DNA of 39,241 bases, from positions 1 to 39,241 of the forward strand of contig JAVKHO010000023.1 in the NCBI GenBank assembly GCA_031459915.1, given 5' to 3'. A program made the position numbers and the translations under genes. How positions within the stretch are numbered: position 1 is the first letter of the stretch; each line of letters opens with the position of its first letter. Below the pieces are notes generated by a model that saw only the letters and a program-made list of their open reading frames with translations, was not told the origin of the DNA and ran no database searches. Origin of the DNA: Candidatus Tepidifontimicrobium thermophilum (lineage in GTDB: Bacteria; Sysuimicrobiota; Sysuimicrobiia; Sysuimicrobiales; Sysuimicrobiaceae). Positions 17,805 through 26,826 of the stretch are shown piece after piece.

Positions 17805-18582
17805 AGGGGAAGACGGGGACAGGGTCTGCACCTTCAGACCTGAGGGCGCCGGCCAGGTGTTGCGCCTCCTCAGGCATCCCTGCCTCGGTCACGGCGAGGT
17901 GCAGGCGCGTGGCCCGGCTCCGTGCCCTGTGGACCTCCGCCACCATCCGGCGGACCGCGGCGGCCAAGTTGGCAGCCAGCCCCGCCCGACGGATCCGGCC
18001 TCCTCCGATGGCGAACAACGGGACCGCTCCCGCCCGCCGGTTGAGCAGGTAGGCAATCCCCGGAACCCGTCCGCTTCTGTGCAGGTGGTCGAGACTGCGG
18101 ACCACAGCCACGAGCCGGGCTCGAGGCCCCGCGGCCTTCACCCACTCCACGACCTCCCCCAACGCCCACCCCGCCTGTAGCCGCCGGGCCGCCTCCCGTA
18201 CGACCAGCCCCTGAGCAGCCGCAGCTGTCCCCGTATCCACGACCTCCACTGGGACCGGGAAGCGGTCCGCAGCCCGACGGGCGTGCTCGTGTGCCGCAGA
18301 CAACCAGCGCGCTACCGTGAGCACCAGGATCTGGCCCGCATCCCGCCGGACGGCTTCCTCGAAGGTGGACAGGTAGTCGGCGGGGGACGGGGCCGAGGAG
18401 GTGGGGTACGGCGGCCCGTGTTCCAGCCACGTCAGCACTTCCTGAAGCGTCACGTCCACCCCGTCGCGGTAGCTCCGCTCCGCCCGGACGATCCACATGG
18501 GGACTACCAGGATGCCTAGCTCCGCGCAAAGAGTCAGGGGCAGAGAGCACGCAGACTCCGTGACCACCAGCACCGCGCCCAT
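17737..18582 (-). CDS. DegV/FakB family fatty-acid-binding protein
   Basis: VVTESACSLP, PTSSAPSP, VVDT, LDHLHRSGR, NTGPGVLG. Start is ATG 18582; the upstream part of the 477-aa track ORF is spurious. Confidence 0.88.
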   Translation of the reverse strand: MGAVLVVTESACSLPLTLCAELGILVVPMWIVRAERSYRDGVDVTLQEVLTWLEHGPPYPTSSAPSPADYLSTFEEAVRRDAGQILVLTVARWLSAAHEHARRAADRFPVPVEVVDTGTAAAAQGLVVREAARRLQAGWALGEVVEWVKAAGPRARLVAVVRSLDHLHRSGRVPGIAYLLNRRAGAVPLFAIGGGRIRRAGLAANLAAAVRRMVAEVHRARSRATRLHLAVTEAGMPEEAQHLAGALRSEGADPVPVFPFTPVMAVNTGPGVLGVAYLPEP

Positions 18583-18590
18583 CGGTTCCC

Positions 18591-19184
18591 TCAGGCGCAC
18601 TCGGACAGCCGTCGCTTCACTTCCCTGAGCCGCTCCCATACCCACGGAAGCTGCCGAACGGCCACCGTGAGGGCTACCGCGGTCGCCGCCGCGACCTCGC
18701 GGGGCGGGTACTGCCAGGCGACCAGGAACGCCACGCACAAGGGCAGGCCCACGATCCCCACCGTGGGTGCCCACCGGGTACGGAGGGCCAGCAAGGCCCC
18801 GAGGCCCAGGGAAACCACGGCCGGACCGGTGGCCAGGACCAGGAGGACGCCTGCGGCAGGAGCCAGACCGCGTCCACCCCGGAACAGCAGGTACACGGGC
18901 CAGTTGTGGCCTGCCACGGGCGAGACGCACACCAGCACGAATCCCTCGAGGCTGGTGGCTACCCGCCGCGCGAGCCAAGCTACCAGGGCTCCCTTGGCCA
19001 CGTCGAAGGAGGCGACCACCACGGCTGCCGAGCGTCCCAGCTTCCGCCACGCCCCCGCACCCCCGGGGTTGTCCCCAAGGGCGCGCATGGACGTCCGCAG
19101 CCTGCGCCGGGCCAGGATCTCGGCAGGGAGGACGGACCCCAGCGCGTACCCGACGAGGGCGGTCAGCCACTCACGGGTCTCCAT
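18591..19184 (-). CDS. plsY: Glycerol-3-phosphate acyltransferase (acyl-phosphate dependent)
   Basis: GYALGS, GDNPGG, FDVAKG, AGHNWPVYLLFRGGRG motifs; multiple TM helices. Confidence 0.85.
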   Translation of the reverse strand: METREWLTALVGYALGSVLPAEILARRRLRTSMRALGDNPGGAGAWRKLGRSAAVVVASFDVAKGALVAWLARRVATSLEGFVLVCVSPVAGHNWPVYLLFRGGRGLAPAAGVLLVLATGPAVVSLGLGALLALRTRWAPTVGIVGLPLCVAFLVAWQYPPREVAAATAVALTVAVRQLPWVWERLREVKRRLSECA

Positions 19185-19321
19185 CCTGTGCTTGTGATCG
19201 CCCGGAGCACCATTCCGTCGGGCCCTGCCACGACGTGGATCAGCCGGCTGGCGTGAGCTTCCGCCGCCCCCATTTACTTTACGTCGAGCTTTACGGAGTC
19301 CCTAGCGCCGGCGGGGTGCGG

Positions 19322-20134
19322 TTACCGGAGGGGCATCCGGGCGACCGTGAGCAGATCCTCCACCTGGACCACCCCGGCCACGGACCGCGTAACTTCCAGC
19401 ACGGCCTGCCGTTCCTCCGACCCGAACACCACCCCCTGGAGGGTCACCGTTGTCCCGCGCGCGGTGACGTGCAGGTCCACGTGGCCCAGCCGGCCGTCCG
19501 ACTTCAGGGCTTCTTGGACGCGGGCGGCCAACGCCCGGTCCCGCACCGCCTGGCGGGAGGCTTCGTCCGCCTGAAACTCGGGCCTGTCCAGGAGCTGCTC
19601 GACGAGCTGGCACCCCATCTCCACGTTGACGCGCTCCGTGTTGATCACGAGGTCGTACAGGTCGCTGTCCTCCCACTCCACGTCGAAGAACTGCCGGATC
19701 CGCGCTCGGACGCCCTGGTCGTAGCGTTCCGCGATGGCTTGGGCCTCGGACCTGGAAACCCCCAGCCGGTCTGCCAGCCGCTCCACCCGCAGTGGGAGCG
19801 GCGCGCACACACGCACCCGGACCGCGTGCCGCACGCCACGCAGGAGCATGGTAGACCAGCGACCCAGGATCACTACGTTGTCTGCCTGTGCATACTCCAG
19901 CACGCGCGCGGCCACGTGGTAGAAGTGACGTCGGGCGGGCAGGCTCAGGCGTTCCCAGAGTCCCGGGGGGCTCTCCACAAGCCGGGTGAGTTCGTCCTCC
20001 GTGAGGGGAGCCACCCGGGCTGCCTCCTCCAGGATTTCCCGCCGCACGAACTGGTAGCCCCGGCGCCGGGCCACCTCCTCCGCGATGAAGGTCCCAAGGC
20101 TGCCGAGCTCTCGGGTGAAAGCGACGATTCCCAA
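19322..20134 (-). CDS. Cytidylate-kinase-like family protein fused to a C-terminal BON domain
   Basis: TRELGSLG degenerate P-loop, NVVILGR, YDLVINT; C-terminal BON-like VTLQGVV...SVAGVVQVEDLL. TTG start at 20134 with AAGGGAG RBS. Confidence 0.8.
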   Translation of the reverse strand: MGIVAFTRELGSLGTFIAEEVARRRGYQFVRREILEEAARVAPLTEDELTRLVESPPGLWERLSLPARRHFYHVAARVLEYAQADNVVILGRWSTMLLRGVRHAVRVRVCAPLPLRVERLADRLGVSRSEAQAIAERYDQGVRARIRQFFDVEWEDSDLYDLVINTERVNVEMGCQLVEQLLDRPEFQADEASRQAVRDRALAARVQEALKSDGRLGHVDLHVTARGTTVTLQGVVFGSEERQAVLEVTRSVAGVVQVEDLLTVARMPLR

Positions 20135-20168
20135 GCCGGCTCCCTTACACGGCGCGGCCGGACACGAC

Positions 20169-21710
20169 CTACGAACCCGCGGCCCCGGGGGCCTCCGCCG
20201 GAACCGCTCCGCCGCGCGCGCGGCGCACAACGTTCCGCGCGAACGGCAGGAGGAACACGGCGATGGCGGCGGCCAGGAAGAAGGCTGCGATGGGACGGGT
20301 GAAGAAGATGGCCGGCGAGCCCTGACCCATGATCAGGCTCTGGCGGAAGGCCTGCTCCGTCATGTCCCCGAGGACCAGGGCGACCACCAGGGGGGCGAGG
20401 GGGTAGCCCAACTTCTTGAACAGGTACCCCGCCAGCCCAGAGCCCAGCATGATCCACAGGTCCAGGACCTGGTTGTTGACCGCGTACGCGCCGATGCTGC
20501 ACAGGATGGTGATCAGGGGAGCCAGGATGGCGAAGGGAATCCGGACGATGGCCGCAAAGGCCGGGACCAGGGTGAGGACGATCAGCACCCCGATCACGTT
20601 GGCCAGGTACATGGACCCGATGAGGCCCCACACGAACTCTCGGTTCTCCTGGAAGAGGAGGGGGCCGGGGTTCAGGCCCCAGATGAAGAAGCCGGCCAGC
20701 ATCACCGCCGCCGTGGGGGAACCAGGAATGCCCAGGGTCACCATGGGGAGCAGGGCCCCGACGCCCGCGGCGTGCGCCGCGGTCTCGGGCGCCACCACCC
20801 CTTCCACCTCGCCCGTGCCGAACCTCGAACCCCTGGGGCTGAACTGCCGTGCGATCCCGTAGCTCATGAAGGACGCGGGGGTAGCCCCGGTACCCGGCAG
20901 CACCCCGATCCAGAAGCCCAGCAGGGTGCTGCGGATGATGGTCCACACGTAGCGAGGGAACATCTTCCACGTCTCCCACACGTCCCGGAAGCTCAGCCGG
21001 GCCCGCAGGCCCTCGATCCGCAGTGCTTCCTCCACCGTCAGCAGGATCTCGCCGAGTCCGAAGACGCCGATGGCGATGATCACGAAGTTGACCCCGCTCT
21101 GCAGGGCCACGGAGCCGAAGGTCATGCGGGGAGACCCGCTGACGATGTCGAAGCCCACCGTGGCGAGCAGGAGGCCTAGGAAGGTCATGAGCACGGCCTT
21201 GACCGGGTCCCCGCTCTCGAGCCCCGCGATGGTGGCGAAGGCCAGCAAAAGGACTGCGAAGTTCTCCGGCGGGCCGAACTTCAGGGCGAGCTCCGCCAGG
21301 GGTGGGGCGAAGAACGTGAACAGGACGATGGCCACGAAGGCACCGATGAAGGAGGAGGTGAAGGCGGCGGTCAGGGCGACTCCGGGCTTCCCCTGTTTTG
21401 CCAGGGGGTAGCCGTCGAACATGGTGGCCACCGACCACGGCTCTCCGGGGATGCGGAACAGGATGGAGGTGATGGCCCCGCCGAAGATGGCGCCCCAGTA
21501 CACCGAGGCCAGCAGGATGATGGCCGCGGTGGGCTTCAGGTGGAAGGTCAGCGGCAGGAGCAGCGCCACGCCGTTGGTCCCGCCCAGACCGGGGAGCACC
21601 CCGATGGCGGTGCCGAGGAGCAGCCCGACGACCGCCACCATCAGATTCTCGGGGGAGGCAGCTACTGCGAGTCCGTAGAGCAGGTCGTGGAATGTCCGGA
21701 CTGGATCCAT
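20169..21710 (-). CDS. tctA: Tripartite tricarboxylate transporter, large permease TctA
   Basis: GVLPGLGG, GGAITSILFRIPG, FDGYPLAKQG, APETAAHA, TLGIPGSPTAAVM. Confidence 0.92.
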   Translation of the reverse strand: MDPVRTFHDLLYGLAVAASPENLMVAVVGLLLGTAIGVLPGLGGTNGVALLLPLTFHLKPTAAIILLASVYWGAIFGGAITSILFRIPGEPWSVATMFDGYPLAKQGKPGVALTAAFTSSFIGAFVAIVLFTFFAPPLAELALKFGPPENFAVLLLAFATIAGLESGDPVKAVLMTFLGLLLATVGFDIVSGSPRMTFGSVALQSGVNFVIIAIGVFGLGEILLTVEEALRIEGLRARLSFRDVWETWKMFPRYVWTIIRSTLLGFWIGVLPGTGATPASFMSYGIARQFSPRGSRFGTGEVEGVVAPETAAHAAGVGALLPMVTLGIPGSPTAAVMLAGFFIWGLNPGPLLFQENREFVWGLIGSMYLANVIGVLIVLTLVPAFAAIVRIPFAILAPLITILCSIGAYAVNNQVLDLWIMLGSGLAGYLFKKLGYPLAPLVVALVLGDMTEQAFRQSLIMGQGSPAIFFTRPIAAFFLAAAIAVFLLPFARNVVRRARGGAVPAEAPGAAGS

Positions 21711-21714
21711 CTGG

Positions 21715-22188
21715 CTACCTTCCGTACAGCAAGGATTCCAAAACCAGCCCCTTCGGCATAGGCATCAGAAACCACCGTTCGAACACGAGGAACAGGGCCA
21801 GGGGGACGCCGACGCTCACCGCGAGGACCAGCGGCCAGGGATGGCGTCCCACCAGCCGCGTGTACCCGAGCAGGTACAGCAGCCCTCCGAGGTAGATCCC
21901 GAGGTAGTGGAGGAACGCCACGACCCCCACCATGGGTAGGAACACCACGAGAATGCGCTTCCACGCTCCGCCTGGAAGGAAAGGCTCTCCCTGCCCGTGG
22001 TTGGAGCTCCACGTCCGAACCAGCACTGCCAGCCCAGCGAGGGTGAACCCCGTGGCGAGCCAGAAGGGGAAGAACCCTGGGCCCGGACCGGATGCCGTCC
22101 AGCCCGTGGGCAGCCGGGCCGCCTCCCGCATGAACACGATCCCGGCTACCACCAGCAACCCCGCGAACCCTAGAGCCGCCTGCCTCAC
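21715..22188 (-). CDS. tctB: Tripartite tricarboxylate transporter, small subunit TctB
   Basis: GPGPGFFP, four to five TM helices, VFERWFLMPMPKG; lies between tctC and tctA. Confidence 0.88.
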   Translation of the reverse strand: MRQAALGFAGLLVVAGIVFMREAARLPTGWTASGPGPGFFPFWLATGFTLAGLAVLVRTWSSNHGQGEPFLPGGAWKRILVVFLPMVGVVAFLHYLGIYLGGLLYLLGYTRLVGRHPWPLVLAVSVGVPLALFLVFERWFLMPMPKGLVLESLLYGR

Positions 22189-22221
22189 CCCGAGCCCCCT
22201 ATCGACGCGGTGGGTCAGGAC

Positions 22222-23229
22222 CTAGCGCGCCAGCCAGCCCGCCTTGTCCATCAGGCTCCGCACCTGCGCGTCCTTCCGCTCCAGCCACTGGACGAACTCC
22301 CGGCCCGTGAGGTAGGCCTTAGTGTACGCGCCCCGCTCGATGAACTCCGCCATCTCCGCAGTGTCCAGGACCCTCCGGAAGACCTCCTGGTAGAAGGCCA
22401 CCGCCTCCGCCGGCATCTGCGGCGGGCCGAAGATCCCCCGGAGCATCTGGTACTCGATGGGGTAACCCAGCTCTTTCATGGTGGGGATCTCAGCCCACTT
22501 GCCCACCCGGACCCGTTCGGACGCGAAGATGCCAAGCGGGCGGACTCTTCCGGCCTCCCAGTGCCCCACCGCCTCGATGGGGTTGTTCACCGTGAAGTCC
22601 ACTTGCTTGCCCACCAGGGCTGCGGCCACCGCTCCGCCACCGGGGAACGGCACGTAGGTGAACTTGGCACCCCACGCCTGCTCCAGGAGGACCATGATGA
22701 TCTCGTCCTCCTGCTTGGAACCGGTGCCCGCCATCTTGAGCCGGCCGGGGGGACCTGCCTTGGCCGCGCGGACGAAGTCGTCCAGTGTCCTCCAGGGAGA
22801 GTCCGCGTGGACCCACAGTACGAAGTGGTCCAGCAACAGCCGGGCGATAGGGGTGAGGTCCCGCCAGCTGAAGCGGGAGCCGTCCCGTTTACGGATGACC
22901 TGCGCCGCGGGCGTGGCGAACAGGCTGTCAAGGGTGATCAGGATAGTGTGCGGGTCGCCGGTCTTGTCGATCATCCACAGGAACGCCTGCGCTCCTGCTC
23001 CCGCGGGCCGGTTGACAGGGATGAAGGGTTGCGGGGACAGCCGGTACTTCTCGATGAGAGGCGCCATCAGGCGCGCCTGCTGGTCGGCGCCTCCCCCGGT
23101 CCCTGCCGGGACCGTCCACTCCACCGGGCGGTTGGGCTGCCAGGCCGGAGCGGCCCAGACCCCGGATCCCAGCAGCCCCAAGAGGCACACCAGTACTAGG
23201 GGCAGCGAGCCCCTGTGGACACGCCCCAT
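22222..23229 (-). CDS. tctC: Tripartite tricarboxylate transporter substrate-binding protein (TctC/Bug)
   Basis: Signal peptide, PAGTGGGADQQAR, NRPAGAG, YVPFPGGG, IPTMKELG. Confidence 0.9.
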   Translation of the reverse strand: MGRVHRGSLPLVLVCLLGLLGSGVWAAPAWQPNRPVEWTVPAGTGGGADQQARLMAPLIEKYRLSPQPFIPVNRPAGAGAQAFLWMIDKTGDPHTILITLDSLFATPAAQVIRKRDGSRFSWRDLTPIARLLLDHFVLWVHADSPWRTLDDFVRAAKAGPPGRLKMAGTGSKQEDEIIMVLLEQAWGAKFTYVPFPGGGAVAAALVGKQVDFTVNNPIEAVGHWEAGRVRPLGIFASERVRVGKWAEIPTMKELGYPIEYQMLRGIFGPPQMPAEAVAFYQEVFRRVLDTAEMAEFIERGAYTKAYLTGREFVQWLERKDAQVRSLMDKAGWLAR

Positions 23230-23330
23230 TCCCCATACCCCCTTTGATTTCTGAGCATGGCGCTCAATTTTTTTGCGGTCTTCCCGTGCTTTAGTTTACG
23301 CCTCCTCCCGTGCGACTCCTGCAGTGCCCT

Positions 23331-24329
23331 TCACGCGGAAACCTTCAGCGTCCCACGGAAGGGTGCCACTCCGGGCACCTCCCACTCGTCCCACATCTGG
23401 TCCACCATCCGCTGGATGTGCGCGATGTCCTCCTCCGTCAGGTGGGCGAACCGGCCCTGCCGGGTGAGGTACTCCCGCACGGGGATCCTCCCTTTCGCCG
23501 TCTTCCGCGCGTCGTACGTGTACACCACCTCGCCGTCGATGATTTCGTACAGGGGCAACAGGCCCGAGCGCACGCCCAGCTCGCCCAGCTCGTGCGAGTA
23601 CCGCGGGTGGAAGTCCCAGCCCTTGGGGCAGGGGTCGTAGGTGTGGATGAAGGTGGGCCCTCCGATGCTGAGGGCCTTGCGGACCTTGTTCAGAAAGTCC
23701 AGAGGGGGGAAGGTGGCGCAGGCGGTGGCCACGTACCGGCAGTTGGGGTGGCCCACCGCCAGCATGGCGGCCACGTTCTTCTTCCACCGGCGGTGCATGA
23801 TCCGCTCCACCTTGCCCACGGGGCTGAAGGTGGTCTGCGCGCCCCAGGTGGTGAGCCCCGTGGCCTGGATGTCCGTGTTGGCCGCGGACTCGTTGTCGTA
23901 CATGATGATGAGGAGGTCGTAGTCCGTCTGCAGGGCGCCGGAGATCCCTGACAGCCCCATGTCGCCGCCCCCGAGGTCCCCGCAGAAGGAGATGACGTTG
24001 ATCTTCTCCTGGGGGATCCGGTTCTTCCGCATGAGCGCCCGCAGCCCCGCGGCCATCCCCACCGCGGACGACCCTCCGGCGCCCAGCTGGGTGTGCATCC
24101 ACGGCACGATCCAGGGGGTCGTCATGTAGCTGGTGTTGGCCACGTACATGCACCCCGTGGACCCTGCCACCACCGTCCGGGGCCCCGCCGCCTTGATGAA
24201 CTGCCGCATCACCGTGGCGGACTCGCAGCCCTGACACGTCCGGTGCCCGGAGGTGTAGAACTCCTCGAGAGGGATCTGCTTGACGCCCTTAATCCGGTCG
24301 TAGACGAGGACCTTGTCCGCAGTCGCCAT
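23331..24329 (-). CDS. Oxalate oxidoreductase-like beta subunit (TPP-binding, OFOR family)
   Basis: GHRTCQGC, TGCMYVANTSY, GDLGG...YDNESAANT TPP motif, PCPKGW; closely resembles Moorella OOR beta as recalled. Start ATG 24329. Confidence 0.85.
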   Translation of the reverse strand: MATADKVLVYDRIKGVKQIPLEEFYTSGHRTCQGCESATVMRQFIKAAGPRTVVAGSTGCMYVANTSYMTTPWIVPWMHTQLGAGGSSAVGMAAGLRALMRKNRIPQEKINVISFCGDLGGGDMGLSGISGALQTDYDLLIIMYDNESAANTDIQATGLTTWGAQTTFSPVGKVERIMHRRWKKNVAAMLAVGHPNCRYVATACATFPPLDFLNKVRKALSIGGPTFIHTYDPCPKGWDFHPRYSHELGELGVRSGLLPLYEIIDGEVVYTYDARKTAKGRIPVREYLTRQGRFAHLTEEDIAHIQRMVDQMWDEWEVPGVAPFRGTLKVSA

Positions 24330-24346
24330 AGTCTCCCCCTTCCCTT

Positions 24347-25570
24347 TTACTCCCGCACGCCCACCCAGGTGACGAACCCGTCCAGGCGGTCCTCCCGGGC
24401 CGCCTCCTGGGTGATCTCGAACATCCGGATGGCGTCCTGGATGGAAACGTCCCGGCCCCCGAGGCCGGTGATGAAGTTCACTACCGCGGGCCTCTCCCGT
24501 ACCGGGTACAGGCAGGATCGCACCTCGTGCAGCAGGACCCCGCCGTCGTCCGGAGCCCCGTGGGCGAAGTCGCGGTCGATGACCCCGACGGCCCGGAACC
24601 TCCGGAGGGACTCCCGGAGTTCCTCGGTGGGGAAGGGCCGGAACCACCGCAAGTTGACGTAGCCGACCCGGTGGCCCTGTTCACGGAGGCGCCGGACGGC
24701 GGTGCGCGCCGGCATGGCCACGGTGCCCATACCGATCAGGACCACCTCCGCGTCGTCGGTGAGGAACTCCTCGAAGTAGTAGGGGGGCCGGTACCGCTGC
24801 CCGAACACCTGGTTGAACTCCTCGTACGCGGTGGCGATGACCCTGCGGGCCCGTCGCGCCGCCTCCCAGTTCTGGCGCCGGATCTCCATGACCCAGTCCT
24901 CGTTTACCTGCGGCGCGATGGAGACCGGGTTATCCGGGTGCAGCCGGCGCTCCCCGAGGTCGAAGGGCGGGAGGAAGCGGTTCACCGCCTCCTGCGAAGG
25001 GATCCGCACGATGTGCTGCGAGTGGGTGAGGAAGGCCCCGTCCATGGCTAAGGCCATGGGCATCCTCACGTGTTTGTCCTCCGCGATCCGGTAGCCCAGG
25101 AGCACGTGCTCCAGGGCCTCCTGGGCGGTGGCGACCCAGCACAACAACCACCCCATGTCCCGGATGGCCAGGGCGTCGTTGTGCTCGACGCCGAAGGCCC
25201 CAGGGTCGTCCAGGGCCCGGTTCCCCACCAGGAACAGCACGGGCAGACGGTCGGTGGCGGTCACCACGAGGGCCTCAAACCCGTACATCCAGCCGGTGCC
25301 GCTGGACCCCGCGAAGGCCCGGGCCCCTACGGACGCGGCGTGCTTGACGATCTCGAACTGGGAGTGCTCGCTGTCCGCCACGATGTACTCCGCCACGAGC
25401 TTGCCGTCCGCGATGATCTTGGAGATGGCGTCCATGACCTCCGTGTACGGACGGATGGGGTACGCCGCGATCACGTCGACGTTGGCCAGGCGGATGCCCT
25501 CCGCGACCGCCTGGCAGCCGGTCAGCAGGTCTTCCCGTTCGTAGACTCCTACCGGTTGTGCGACGGCCAT
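24347..25570 (-). CDS. Oxalate oxidoreductase-like alpha subunit (OFOR family)
   Basis: YPIRPYT (OOR-type Arg where PFOR has YPITP), SEHSQ, NRALDDPG, DGAFLTH, WFRPFP, GLGGRD. Confidence 0.85.
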   Translation of the reverse strand: MAVAQPVGVYEREDLLTGCQAVAEGIRLANVDVIAAYPIRPYTEVMDAISKIIADGKLVAEYIVADSEHSQFEIVKHAASVGARAFAGSSGTGWMYGFEALVVTATDRLPVLFLVGNRALDDPGAFGVEHNDALAIRDMGWLLCWVATAQEALEHVLLGYRIAEDKHVRMPMALAMDGAFLTHSQHIVRIPSQEAVNRFLPPFDLGERRLHPDNPVSIAPQVNEDWVMEIRRQNWEAARRARRVIATAYEEFNQVFGQRYRPPYYFEEFLTDDAEVVLIGMGTVAMPARTAVRRLREQGHRVGYVNLRWFRPFPTEELRESLRRFRAVGVIDRDFAHGAPDDGGVLLHEVRSCLYPVRERPAVVNFITGLGGRDVSIQDAIRMFEITQEAAREDRLDGFVTWVGVRE

Positions 25571-25591
25571 CCTCGTCCCTCCTTTCGGACC

Positions 25592-26770
25592 CTACGCGCC
25601 CGCGCGGGCTGCCGGCTTGGGCTTGCCGCCTACCGGCACGGGCTCCGCCTCCACCACCCGCTGCCCCGTGCCGGTGACCACGTTGGGCAGCACCCGGTGC
25701 GTCCCCTTCTTCTCCTCCGCCCACCGGATGTAGCCTTCCGGGTCCCGCTTCCAGTGCTCCCAGGGGCTCCGGTTGTCCTCGAAGGCCAGCTCGTCCACCA
25801 TCACGATGCACTCCTGGACCGGGCAGACCTCCGCGCACTTCCCGCACCCCACGCAGTACTCGTAGTCCACGTCGTAGTAGCCGTCCGGAGTGGGGTCGAA
25901 GCACTGGTCCGGGCACTCCAACCAGCAGAGCGTGCACTTGGTGCACAGGTCGAACCGTACCACGGGGCGCTGGGACTTCGTGGTGCCGCGCTTGAACAGC
26001 TGGTTGCGGGACTGGCCCTTCGGTCCCAGGTGGAACTCCCGTGGGACCGCCTTGACCACCACGCCCTCCGAGAACTCGTGCCATTTCGGCAGCTTGGGGA
26101 TCTCGTAGGGCCAGTCGATCCCCTGCAGGGGGGTGACCTCGTGGACGTTGTGGCGTACGGACTCGTACGCCTTCTGGGCCGCCTCCACCCGGTGCTCCTC
26201 GTGGGTCTTGTCCCAGAGGTAGCCCTTGACCGCCTCAATGCTGAGCAGTTGCGGGTCCAGGGCGGCCAGGGCGCCCAGCACCCGCTCGTGGGTGAGGTCG
26301 TCCCGGTACACCCACAGGCCCGCGAAGCTGGCATCCCCCTCGAGGATGGCCAGGTAGTAGGGATACGGCTTGCGGGCCATGAAGCGCACCAAGTCCTCCG
26401 GCCGGCGCCGGGACACGACGAGCATGTACCCGTAGGGCACCACCTTCTCGTTGATGGGGCGGACCCCGTGCCACGCCCAGGGCTCCACGCCCTTCACCAT
26501 GGTGTCGTCCAGGACCACGGAGATGTTCGCCTCGTCGATGTCCAGCTTGGCCCCGCACTCCGCCTCCAGCTCCTCCTCCGACAGGTCGGGGGACACGAAG
26601 GCGAAGTACTTGCAGGGGATGCCGTTGCGCTCGGGAGCGTCGCTGTAGCGGCCGTTGGAGAAGCCCACCTGGCCCATCCGGGCGGCGATCATGACGATGT
26701 CGCCGCCGATCCGCTTCGCCAGGGTCTTCTGGAAGATCCCCCGGTAGTTGATCTCTACCCGCTTGATCAT
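25592..26770 (-). CDS. Oxalate oxidoreductase-like delta subunit (gamma domain plus 2x[4Fe-4S] ferredoxin fusion)
   Basis: YSDAPERNGIP gamma-like motif; CTKCTLCWLEC and CVGCGKCAEVC. Start ATG 26770 after GAAGGAGG. Confidence 0.82.
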   Translation of the reverse strand: MIKRVEINYRGIFQKTLAKRIGGDIVMIAARMGQVGFSNGRYSDAPERNGIPCKYFAFVSPDLSEEELEAECGAKLDIDEANISVVLDDTMVKGVEPWAWHGVRPINEKVVPYGYMLVVSRRRPEDLVRFMARKPYPYYLAILEGDASFAGLWVYRDDLTHERVLGALAALDPQLLSIEAVKGYLWDKTHEEHRVEAAQKAYESVRHNVHEVTPLQGIDWPYEIPKLPKWHEFSEGVVVKAVPREFHLGPKGQSRNQLFKRGTTKSQRPVVRFDLCTKCTLCWLECPDQCFDPTPDGYYDVDYEYCVGCGKCAEVCPVQECIVMVDELAFEDNRSPWEHWKRDPEGYIRWAEEKKGTHRVLPNVVTGTGQRVVEAEPVPVGGKPKPAARAGA

Positions 26771-26826
26771 CCGCCGTCCTCCTTCGCTCCGGAATTGGGA
26801 CCGCACAGGCTGCAGGACGTCGTCCC

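Noticed and set aside
23331..26770. Plain pyruvate:ferredoxin oxidoreductase (porABDG)
   Set aside because: YPIRP rather than YPITP, a fused gamma-delta subunit and the beta-subunit motifs fit the OOR branch better.
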